From Microthyrium microscopicum (lineage: Eukaryota), in NCBI GenBank assembly GCA_010405405.1, contig MU004240.1, positions 510,316 through 574,315 on the forward strand: 64,000 nucleotides of DNA, given 5' to 3'. A program made the translations under genes and the position numbers. Of the stretch, positions 27,685 through 38,209 are shown piece by piece (within the stretch, counting starts at the first letter, position 1; each line of letters starts with the position of its first letter). A model generated the notes under the pieces. The model saw only the letters and a list, made by a program, of their open reading frames with translations, was not told the DNA's origin and did no database searches.

Positions 27685-27773
27685 TATTCATAGTCCTTAT
27701 TTGAGGTCCGCAACGACTCCCGCTCTTAAGGTCCGCACCATGTCTAATTCCAAATATTCCAGTCAGTACAGCC

Positions 27774-28856
27774 ATGCCAATTCCACGACGGTCTTGCAAA
27801 GCATGCTTCATGGGGAAACGGAAGTGCGATCTCGGACGTCCACATTGCGGAAGATGCCTCAGAAACTCTCAATCCTGCGATTACCCTTCTTCACCAGAAG
27901 ATGATACGTGCGAGTTCAGCAACAATGGCTCAGATGACTTCCTGGTTGCACAGCACTATCTGCAAGGCTTTGGAGACAACAATACAGCTTTGCAATTCAC
28001 TTTGGACAAGATCAGTCCTTTAAGTGACGAAATACTATATCCAGCTTTACCAAATATGGTTGGCAACCTCGGCGAGTTGCAGCCTGTCTCGGGTATCACA
28101 CAGAGTTATCAATGGGTCGTTGAACAACTAAAAAGCTACCCAGCAGCGTTCGCTCAAACTGCTGCCACAGTCTTCATACACTCCACTTCATACTGCAGTG
28201 AAGTTCCACGAGACATACGGGCAGCGTTTGGCATCTGCGCTGCATCCGTCTCCATGGACGAAAAAACTGAATCCATGATTTATCGAGCAATAGATGCAGA
28301 AGCTTCAGATCTGCTTAGATCAAGGTCTGATACCACCCTTAAAGAGGATCTGGCCAATATACAAGCTATGGTTTTATACCAATCTATCCGGTTATTCCAA
28401 GGCGATTTAAAACAGAGAGTTCTAGTACAACAGCAAGAAGTCCAGCTGGAATCAAAAGCTTTGAAGCTTCTTCAGCGCGCGAAGCTCGAACTAGAGTTTG
28501 TTCAACCAAGCTGGGAACGCTGGATACTGACGGAAAGCATTCGACGCGTTGTGGCGGTTCTATACATGTTATATGCCATGAACTCTGTTTTCGAGGAAAA
28601 TATCTGTCGCAATCTACCAACGCTGACATTCCTGCCTGTTTCAAGCAATTCGTCTTTCTGGCAGTCTGAAGCGAACTATCTGCAAAACCACGATGGCGAA
28701 GAAACTGTGAAATATGGTGACTTTTCAGAAATTTGGCTCGTCTCCCCTCACAGAAAGCTTGATCCGTTTGAGAAGCTGCTTCTGGTAGCCTGTAAAGGAA
28801 TTGAACCAGTTGAAGCACTGAGCTCTCTCGCGTTTGTAGAATCACAGACTGCATGA
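27774..28856 (+). CDS. Zn(II)2Cys6 fungal transcription factor
   Basis: CKAC-x6-CDLGRPHC-x2-C-x6-C binuclear cluster; C-terminal WERWILTESIRR motif; intronless 360 aa. Confidence 0.92.
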   Translation: MPIPRRSCKACFMGKRKCDLGRPHCGRCLRNSQSCDYPSSPEDDTCEFSNNGSDDFLVAQHYLQGFGDNNTALQFTLDKISPLSDEILYPALPNMVGNLGELQPVSGITQSYQWVVEQLKSYPAAFAQTAATVFIHSTSYCSEVPRDIRAAFGICAASVSMDEKTESMIYRAIDAEASDLLRSRSDTTLKEDLANIQAMVLYQSIRLFQGDLKQRVLVQQQEVQLESKALKLLQRAKLELEFVQPSWERWILTESIRRVVAVLYMLYAMNSVFEENICRNLPTLTFLPVSSNSSFWQSEANYLQNHDGEETVKYGDFSEIWLVSPHRKLDPFEKLLLVACKGIEPVEALSSLAFVESQTA

Positions 28857-29306
28857 TTCGGTTTGTTCTCATGCCTTGTAATATTGCGTAGCACACGATT
28901 ATGGGTCAGATCATCAATTGAAATGGCGCTGTCCCATCAGCTTCGCTGGCACCTCATCTGCTATCGCCCGTAAAAAGCTACTTCATCATGAATTTGTTCG
29001 CTCTTGTTGTGACCTCATGATCCCTGTCGGCACGCCTGGCTGCGGGCATCATGTAGGCTATAATCTGAGGCCCGCACCTTGCCATCTCGTGGATATTCTC
29101 AACGGCTCAGTGGTACCTTCAATTCAGAGCAACATTCCTTTCATTGAAGCCTTTTAGTACCTAGGTACCTAGGTAGTATTCAGCTCAGTCCAGCAGTCAT
29201 TAGACCTGGAGTATAAAAACTTTGCTACGCCTTGAGAATCAAGATGATATTTCAGTTTCGACCAATTTTTCTCTATTTGCACCTTAAGCCAGACTAAGTT
29301 TGCACA

Positions 29307-30540
29307 ATGGTTCCAGCAACAACTCGATAGTGGACGTTGGCAGTGAAGCCTACGGGCATGCCGGTTCTATCTGGCCTAAATGCAACTTTCCGACTGGATA
29401 CGAAAACACTTCCACAGCTAGAAGACGATCAGGTATTAATCAAAGTCCTGTACCTATCCAACGACCCAGCGCAGCGAATATGGATCGATCCTCAAATCGA
29501 ACCCGACCGTCTCTACACTGAGCCCGTTGAAGTGGGAGACACCATGCGCGTTTACGGCGCCATTGCGCAGATCCTCAAATCTCCATCACAGGATTTACTC
29601 GTCGGGACGCTTGTATCTTGCACAGCAGGCTGGTACGAGTACGCTGTCATTCCAGCCAAGGACTGTGCTCTTCTGAAGTCTATTGATGGCCTATCACCCA
29701 CTCACCACATGGGCGTCTTTGGCACTCCCGGTGTCACAGCATACTATGGAATGACTGATATCGTAGATGCTAAGCCGAGCGATACTGTCGTCATAAGCGG
29801 AGCAGCAGGGGCCGTGGGCTCAGTTGCTGTACAGCTTGCGAAGAATGTTTTGAAATGCAAAAAGGTGATCGGTATCGCAGGTACCGATTCGAAGTGTAGA
29901 TGGGTGGAATCCCTAGGAGCAGACCTCTGTCTCAACTACAAGAGTACCACATTTAAGGAAGATCTGATCAAGGCGACGCATGGATTTGTTGAGGTATACT
30001 TTGACAACACGGGAGGGGAAATTCTGGATTTGGTGAGCTTTCTTTTTTTCAGATTTATCATACGTGCTGCAGCAGTCGATTACTCACTAAAGTCCTCGAT
30101 GTACCGGTTTGGGCAGGATTTCAGCAGAGTATCGGCTTCTCATCACTGTCCTGGCTAATCCCCCCTTCAACGATTTCATACTAATAGATCAGATGCTCAC
30201 ACGAGTAAAAAGAGACGGCAGAGTGGCTGCTTGCGGCGCCATTGCCGACTATAATGCGACCATGCCATCCGGGATCAAAACTTGGTATCATGTAATCGCA
30301 ATGAGGCTTCGGATTTGCGGTTTTGTGGTAACGGACGCCATTCCGTCGGGCAGGTACTCAAAGATCACTGACGAACTAATTCGAGGTTTCAAGGAGGGAA
30401 AGATCAGAGCAGCCGAGCATGGACAGACCATAATTTCCGCAAATTTCGAGGATATTCCAAAGACTTGGATGATGCTGTTCCGCGGCACCGGCACTGGTAA
30501 ATTGATCACTGAGCTTGCCAAACCCGACTTTACTCAATAG
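29307..30540 (+). pseudogene. NADP-dependent MDR oxidoreductase (prostaglandin/alkenal reductase-like) with in-frame stop at codon 8
   Basis: Reads MVPATTR*WTLAVKPTG. Motifs YLSNDPAQR, SGAAGAVGS, YFDNTGGEILD, CGAIADYN and GKLI are present. Intron at 30032-30192. TAG at 29328-29330. Confidence 0.8.
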
Positions 30541-33392
30541 CTGGTGAGAAAATCTCATTGAGCATAGCAAACTCCGGGTTGGCAAAAGGACTGGTAATCT
30601 TCCATTCAGTGCGATTTTGGTTGTCTGCTATGTTTGTTACTGAGTCTTCTTCCTCGCTTTGCTTGGCTCCCCATCGAGGGCCCTGGGAACTAAAATAGCT
30701 TTCCATCAAAAAGTTCGATGGGAGACATCTTGGGTCAACCGTCATGGGAGGCCGAGTAAAGTCAAGGGGTTCTCGCTTTCTGTCTGGGTGCTTACTTGAA
30801 AGTGTTAATGTGGCAGATATTGGATAAAAATCTTTGTTACACGGAAATGTTTGTTAGCTTAATCACAATCTTTATTGTCAAACTATTGGATCTTCATCTC
30901 GTTTCGCCCACTTCTGGTTCACTGAACATATGCCATTCAATAGCTTTGCATTATATAGTACACTATTAGCATTGCAAAACTTGAGCTATCATGCGACAAT
31001 GATACTTGATACCACATCAGTTAGCAACTGGCTTGGAGGGCTGACTTGGTCAACATAAAACACCTTCTACCTTCATTGTTGACAGCAAGCAAGTGGAGTG
31101 GAAAATCATATGCAACCACTTCGGTCCCAATTACAGACCTTGACGCAGGAACAAGCCATTTTGCCAAGAGAGTTTAGACAAGTTGATGATGCAAACCAGG
31201 GAAACATAAAGTATGCCAAGTATACCTCGGACAATTGTATGATAATCCTGACCTGTTGAGTCTCAAAATCATCTCAATACAGCATTGCCTCTAGGGGAGG
31301 AGACGAATTGAGTAGTCCATGGGAGCGACCAGCCTGGCCATGACAACGCGTCGATATTGACTTTAATCAAGGCCTAGAACTTTACTCAATTCCAGGTTCT
31401 TGGCAGAGCTTACCGATTTCTTGGCAGAGTCGTACCGAATTTTGGATCCTCATATATGGAGGAGCTTTGACAGGCTGGCGGGATTGGTGCTATTGACTGA
31501 GGTCGAATATCCGACGGTAGTTGGTGTACGGAATATATCAAGTCCGCCAGCTCATGTGACAAGCTTTGACAAATGCATTGTCAGGACAAACCAAAGTTTT
31601 GTTTAGCGTAACCAAAAGCTGCGATTTGCGATTGAAGATTGGTATGGAGGGTTGTGCTCCGTGTCAAAGAAATGGTCAGTTGCGGTTTTCATGGCCAGCT
31701 ACCTGGTTGAGAAGGAGTCCGAGGGCTCATATACGAAGCACCGTCGTCCCATGGGGGAAGAAATATATCCTCCAATCAATGGGGCAGAAAACAGTTTGAG
31801 ATGCCCGATTTGGAAACATAGTTAAATTGAGGCCTAGGCCATGCCCATGTATGTATCAAGACATCCTTGTCATGCAACTTATTCTCAAGATAACGTCAAA
31901 TCTAGAAGCGAAAGACGAAGATAAGCATCAAATCCCAAGTTTTTGCTAAGAAATCTTGGCCAGTCTTAGCTATGGCTTGGATTTGGTTAAGCTTCATTGC
32001 CGTGAGACCCGAGCATAATGCCAAGTTGTGATTGATCTCAGGGAATACTTGGACTTCAGCTCTTGAAGTAACTACAACTTGTGATATCAAAGAGCTGTGA
32101 GCCCCCCACTTTCATGGCTAGAACATCACACAAGGAAACGATCGCGCTATAATATAAAATGAATTAAATAGCGAGCAAATTGAAACTCAATAACAAAGCG
32201 GTGCTTGAGAGCTGAAGGACATAGTGTCAACGTCAGCGTTTTTCCAACGAGTAAGATCGATCCAATTTATGTATTGCGACATGGACCAGGAATTTGTTCT
32301 CCAGATCGACGAATGAGGCCCTCCGTAGATTGTCTTCATGGTTTCGGGAAAAGGCAAAGAATGGGCGAACTGATTGACCATCCGCAAGAACTGCAATGTC
32401 TAACCACCTCCTATACTGCATCACTGAATGTTCTGCTCCCCATCAAGCGCGCTAATCTCCATATAATCCGCTGGGATGTAGTGATGTTGCCACCCAACTG
32501 AATGAGGCTTTATTGTGGTTGAGGAAGTTAATGTTCTTGATATAAATGATATTCAAATGATCGGTATATTTGATTCTCTCAAGGGCTTGATCCGGATTCC
32601 GGTACCTGTCTGTGCAATTCTTTTTCAAAACAAGGAGCATTACTTAAAATAGTATGTCAAAGCAAAATATGGCTCTCACATGGTACACTCCAGGCATATT
32701 TCAATCTAAGCGGAGCATCTGTATGATATTTCTCACGGAGACGGAATATTTCTGCATCGCATGATGCCCAATGAAATGGTTCGAGCTGTCATTTGAGCAT
32801 CCAGCTTTACCAACGGACAATTCTCTTAGCGTGCCCCAATTTCCAGATACCGGGGGAGTTTTGAACATGCATAGTATGGTTCATCATGAAGCAGCCTTAT
32901 GGCCAACTAATGAAAATATTCAGAGTTCTCTCCCATCGAAGTCGATGGCTAACAACGTACCTTATATCAAGAATACACCTATCATCTCACTAAAAATTAT
33001 AGATATCATATAGCGTAGCGAACGCTGTGCGAAAGAATAATGTCCAAAAGAGCAGCATCGATGGTAGCGAACGTAGTCGATGAGAGCACGCCCCATCTGG
33101 TTTGGCATGCATGGTTGGACTGGGATTGAATTAGCAACCCAATATCAGGTTGCATGGTGGCAACCAAAACCTATAGTTTTAATAATAATAGAATTTGGCA
33201 TATCCGGAGCAGCCAGTTTGAGAGGTCATACCAGCCTTGAAGACTTGTTACGAGAATTTGCTGTGACCAGCCGTGTATATAAAGACACCTTCTTCTCCTC
33301 CAAGCACTTATTCTTCATCAGCCAGCTCATTCAATTCAATTCATACAGTCACTACCAAGTTCTTAACTTACCTTTCACTTTCTACATTCAAA

Positions 33393-34391
33393 ATGCTTTT
33401 CACCCAGACCATCCTCGCTGTTATCAGCTTCGGCGCTGTCGCCATGGCCCAGAACCGTGGTGAAATCGTACGATCACTACACACTTACACCTTCTGATAA
33501 TGTTTTACTAATGCATCTGTAGCGCCAGGGACATCAAGAAATCCGTCAGGCAAGCTTGTTTTTTCTGATCTGATGGCAATGTTATACTAACAAAGCTCAG
33601 GGTAGAAATGATATCAGACAGGGTCGGCAGTAAGTTTTAGTCGCTGCGTGTGGTTGTTGCGCTATATCACAAATTGGTCAAACCCGACCAGAATGATATT
33701 TTAGCTCATCAACCGCCAACACTGCACAATCAAGCGATTAGAGGCTAACAAACACGCAGAGATATCCGCCAGGTACTACTTTCCGAGCATCTTCGTCAAC
33801 GCCAGGGCACTCGATGGTTCCCATCGTTTGCCCTGTGTCCTGTCACCAAAATATGAGAACAACTCTTCGAAGAATCTTATACTTACCTCTTACAGGGACA
33901 TTACGATATCAACCACGGTGAATACCGCCAAGTAAGTCACAAATTAACATTCAATGTGATTATGAACTAACAAATTTCAGGGACGCCAAGGTACGACTCT
34001 GCCGTTTTGAAACCTTCATCAGTTCCGGCGTTGTTTGATATTCTGTCAAATGCCTCCTAAGCGATGCTGGGACCCTCAAACCAATCCTGAGTGTACACTA
34101 ACGACGTCGTAGATCTCCGCCAGGGACATCAGGACATCAGACAAGTAACTAGGACCTCTCCTTCGACTAAGTTATATGCTAATTAACTCTAGGGACGCCA
34201 AGACGTACGCCAGGGTCGCCAGGAAGTTCATGAGTACGAATTTCCCAATCAGAGTGCTGTTGTTGACTGATGAGATGCCATTGAATGGCATTTCGGCACA
34301 TCGGCAGCAACATCTCAGTCATGAGCCCACACTAACAATCTTCAGTGGCCGAAACCAAGGCAACTACAACAACAACGGACGTCATTACTAG
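33393..34391 (+). CDS. Small secreted heptad-repeat protein (102 aa) encoded by 9 micro-exons
   Basis: Exons 33393-33467, 33523-33549, 33601-33629, 33760-33772, 33896-33931, 33981-33990, 34113-34144, 34193-34233 and 34346-34391 total 309 nt and splice to one open frame. TATA-like TATATAAA lies at ~33276. Confidence 0.85.
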
Positions 34392-35302
34392 AAACTTCCT
34401 TGGGAATGATGGCTTCGGTCTAGAGAGTGCACTGGGGCACTAAACAAAAACTTCACTTCGTCTTGGTATCTACCTTTTATATTTTGAATACAAACCTTTT
34501 GATCCTTAAACCGTTCTTACCTTCATTGGCATTGGATAAGTAATATATTGGGTGCTTTGTGTTGACGTTGATTGAATATTTTTTGATAGAGCCAGAACAA
34601 CCACAGAGACACAAGCTCGCCACAACAAGCTCAAGGGGCAGGGCTCAAAATATACTCTCCTACAGTCCTTTGAAGCATTACATGACCGGTAGCAAAATAA
34701 TTGGGCCAATTCCGTTCAGAATGAAAGGTCGTCGTGTACTGCGCTCTAGTTCAGGGGCTTTGTTTACTTTTAGTGATGGATCACTATCAGGCTCCAACTA
34801 GTATATTCTATTCTGTATGCATAATTCAAAAAGATTATGATGTTCAACAAGATCAACTTCGAAGATTCAGTTACTCTTTCATAAAGTTCGGGGAGGTATG
34901 TCGCTATTTTTGGCAAAAACGATATTTTCAGATCTCATGTGACGTAAGAGACCTTGTACCAATGGTAGCACAGATTAAGTAACTCCATAACTAACTTTAT
35001 GTCGGAGAGGTTATCGAGGTGCTAGCTCTTAAGCTGGTAACAAATTGCTAGGGCATAATTCACTGATGTTGTCGAGAAATGTTGCAGTGATGCTGTCTGA
35101 ATAAAGAAGGTAATTAGGGGATTTGACAATACATGGTGATTAGTGGTAATCTGAAAGTACGATTTTTGCTGTGGAAAGCATTACCAAACTATGGCATAGA
35201 TTATGATTTGACACGGTACCCATCTTAAAAGGTTATCTGCTTACAAAATGTCGAACAATTCAGAGTTTGAACTTATTCCGTAGATAGGACGATGTGGCCT
35301 TT

Positions 35303-35925
35303 GCACTCGATGGCTCCCATCGCATCACATGGCTCCCATCTGACCTGAATAAAATATGAGCAAAAAGCAATTGAGCTTCCTCTTGTTATTCAAGCTTAGG
35401 GAAACTATTGCCATCGCATCCGATGGCTTCCAGAACATTCAATGGCTCCCATAGCATGATATGGAACCCACCCCATTTTTCATAGTATTAAGCAAAATCT
35501 CAAAAGCTGGTATACTCTCTATAATGTCAGTATCGGCATCAGGCTCAAACCCCCATCCCATTATACATGTATGTCGCCCATATTACTTGGTCAAACCTTG
35601 AGCAGATTTTGGCAGAAAAGAGAGATTTGCACTTCAGTGGCTACCTACTATCTGACTCAATAATTCGTGCAGCACATTGTGGATTTTTTGACCCAAAAAG
35701 TCCTACAAGTTTTTTATTCTACCAGATAGAACGTTGGAAGCACATTCATCCAGATTTCAATAACAGAAGTCATCTTTCGGCGCATTTGATGGCTCCCATC
35801 GCATCTGATAGTGCACATCGAGGGTAATTGAAATCTGCAGAAATCCTCCGTCTGCTTCTCATTATCTTTTTGATCATGCTCCCATCGCACTCGGTGATCT
35901 CCACAGCAGGCTATGGATTCTGTCA
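35303..35925 (+). repeat. Clusters of a 19-bp unit (gcactcgatggctcccatc consensus)
   Basis: Tandem pairs or triples at 35303-35340, 35416-35472, 35782-35819 and ~35868-35924. The core CGATGG-ctc-CCATCG is self-complementary. Confidence 0.75.
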
Positions 35926-37131
35926 GTGGAAATGTCCTCAGGGGGCTTTAGAAAATGTTCGCTATTAGCATATATTTCCCCAAAAAGAGTCCCTTCTGAT
36001 GAGCGAAATGAACTTCTTAACCCCCGAAAATCTAATCATGCCTGCTATAATGTAACTTGTTCGTGAGACAGGACTGAGTTACAAAAGTTTAAATAAGGCA
36101 CGGGAATTTAAGCTTTCAGCGTTTGCTGCCAAGTGGCAGTGCGTAGTGATGGACAACAATGAAGCTACCTACTATTTCGATTGATAGGCTCTAGCCACCT
36201 TATTGTCTGAAAGTTTACAACTCAGAGTATGCCATTATACTAGGATGTGTCTTAGCTAGGTACCTCCCTAGGTAGGTACTTAAGGTAGAGTTGTTGACAT
36301 AGTTATAGCATCACTGGCTGTTTTTATGCTGAAGTTTGAAAGTTGAATTAGGCCTTTGCCAACATATTTTCAACAGCACTCTTCTCAACTGAAAATGCCA
36401 TTCTTCAGGCGATTTGCGTTCGCTCTCAATCTGTCCATCCATAATTGAGCAGGTCCAGCTCTATGACCGGCGAAAACCGCCACGGAGTAAGAGTGGTCAT
36501 CTGCAAACACGATCCACACCCATACTGCCGGGTTACTTTTACTAAATCATGCCTAGAAGTTTTGCTGGTTATCCGGGAGTATCTCGTGTCAGAGAGCATG
36601 GGTTCAGCACCAGGGCCCATGGACCCTGGCATGGTTTGTTGGTGATACCTAGATATATCGGATATATTATGTACGTCATTGCATGACCAAAAGCGGGAAG
36701 ATGCATGGATTGTGGCTGGATTTCCACAGATCTACCTCCTCGTGATTGATATTTTGTTGTCTTTGCAAACAAGACCAAGCAAGATATCAGTAGTAGAACC
36801 AAACAAAGCAAGTGTAATAAGGTACGGTAGTAAGATACTTGCTTGGCAGTCAAGGCAAGAGCGCAACAAGTCCATCCAGTCGTAGTTGCCCCCTCCACCA
36901 TTTGCTCCTGCCTGCCCCACTCACACCAACCCCTTCGCAGCTTCCCACATGCTGTCATTGTTCCAAGCTTCCTTCCATCCTCTTATCCCAGCTCCACCCT
37001 ATCAATTCTGCTCTAACTTCATCTCTACGTTTTATTCAACTTTGCTATCGCCACTTTACATCCTGATCTTTCTGTATCGACCATTCTGCAAAACCCGACT
37101 CCGCGCAAACGGAACCACAAACACCACAACA

Positions 37132-37941
37132 ATGACCTCTACCGAACAACCACTGCACTCCCCACCCAGCGCAGGAAGCCCTCCTAAGCGGCCCAAGGGT
37201 GCGTCCCTTTTTATTCCATCCCATCAGCATCTAACAAGCCATAGGTATCTTAAAGAACCGCTCAACGTCGAACACGAATGCCTTCCCCCCAACCCCAGAT
37301 CCCACCGATGCCGAACGCCAACTAGTCCTCGAAAACACTCTCCGTAACGCCGGCGACGCCGCCCGCCGACCCTCCTCCACCCGCGGCTCCACTTCACGTC
37401 GCGCATCGCACGCTTCTGATGGCGAAAATAGCCCACGCCTCAAATGGGACGAGGCGAACCTCTACCTCGCAGAGCAAGAGCGTGAAGCGGCGGGTGAACG
37501 GATGAAGATTGACGAGCCGAAGACTCCATTCGCGAAACAATATGACCCGGATGTAGATGACGTGGAAGTTGATGCGGAGGGATTAGTTGTGGACGAGATG
37601 GACGCAAAACAACTTAAAAAGCCGCGGGGAGGTAATAGGATGGAGGACATTCCGGCCTTTGAATTGGGGGAGCCGGAGGTGGATGTGGAGCAGCATGTGA
37701 GTACGCCGGAGAGTGAGAAGAGGGTTATGGTGGAAGAGGGAATGGGCGGTACGGAAGAGCCGACCGGACCAGCCGGTGAAGATGAGGTTGAAAAGCATCG
37801 GAAGTTTGAGGAGATGCGTAAGAAACATTATGAGATGAAGGATGTTAGGGGATTACTCGGGTAAGTTATTTCACGCGGAGTTGTTATGATGGTACTAATT
37901 ATTGCGATAGACACCCGGAGTTTGTTGATGAGGACGAGTAG
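37132..37941 (+). CDS. GLC8: Protein phosphatase 1 inhibitor-2 (Glc8); 3 exons
   Basis: KGILKN, LKWDEANL, MKIDEPKTPF and FEEMRKKHYEM motifs; introns at 37199-37244 and 37861-37910. Confidence 0.92.
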
Positions 37942-38209
37942 TCGCATGTTTTCTTGATTTCGGCTCGCCTCAATGCACTTTACGGAAAGATTGATATGGC
38001 GCTCGCGCGCTATCTTTACAACATGTTGGTGTAGTAGGCGTCTTACTACGGGGCGGTATACCCTTTGCATGTCACTAGGCTTTTCAACTGTCAAAATATG
38101 AACGGAGATCAGGACTGGTGTCGGAGTTGGATACCTCGAAGTATTAGCATAATAACGAATGAATCACAACTCGAATACATCCACGCCATCTTGTTCATTG
38201 ATCTAGCTA

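Noticed and set aside
29158..29175. 18-bp palindrome tacctaggtacctaggta (similar tract at ~36256-36290)
   Set aside because: Low-complexity TAGGTACC-type motif common in fungal intergenic DNA; nothing supports a specific function.
30032..30192. 161-nt MDR intron as an introner-family member
   Set aside because: Long, but no convincing match to the shared ends or the 19-bp core by eye.
30750..33250. Short ORFs, including minus-strand fragments at 32187-32640
   Set aside because: No recognisable motif or consistent splice model; a decayed gene cannot be excluded.
35303..35925. CRISPR-like interpretation of the palindromic repeats
   Set aside because: Eukaryotic context, degenerate tandem units, irregular spacing and no cas genes.
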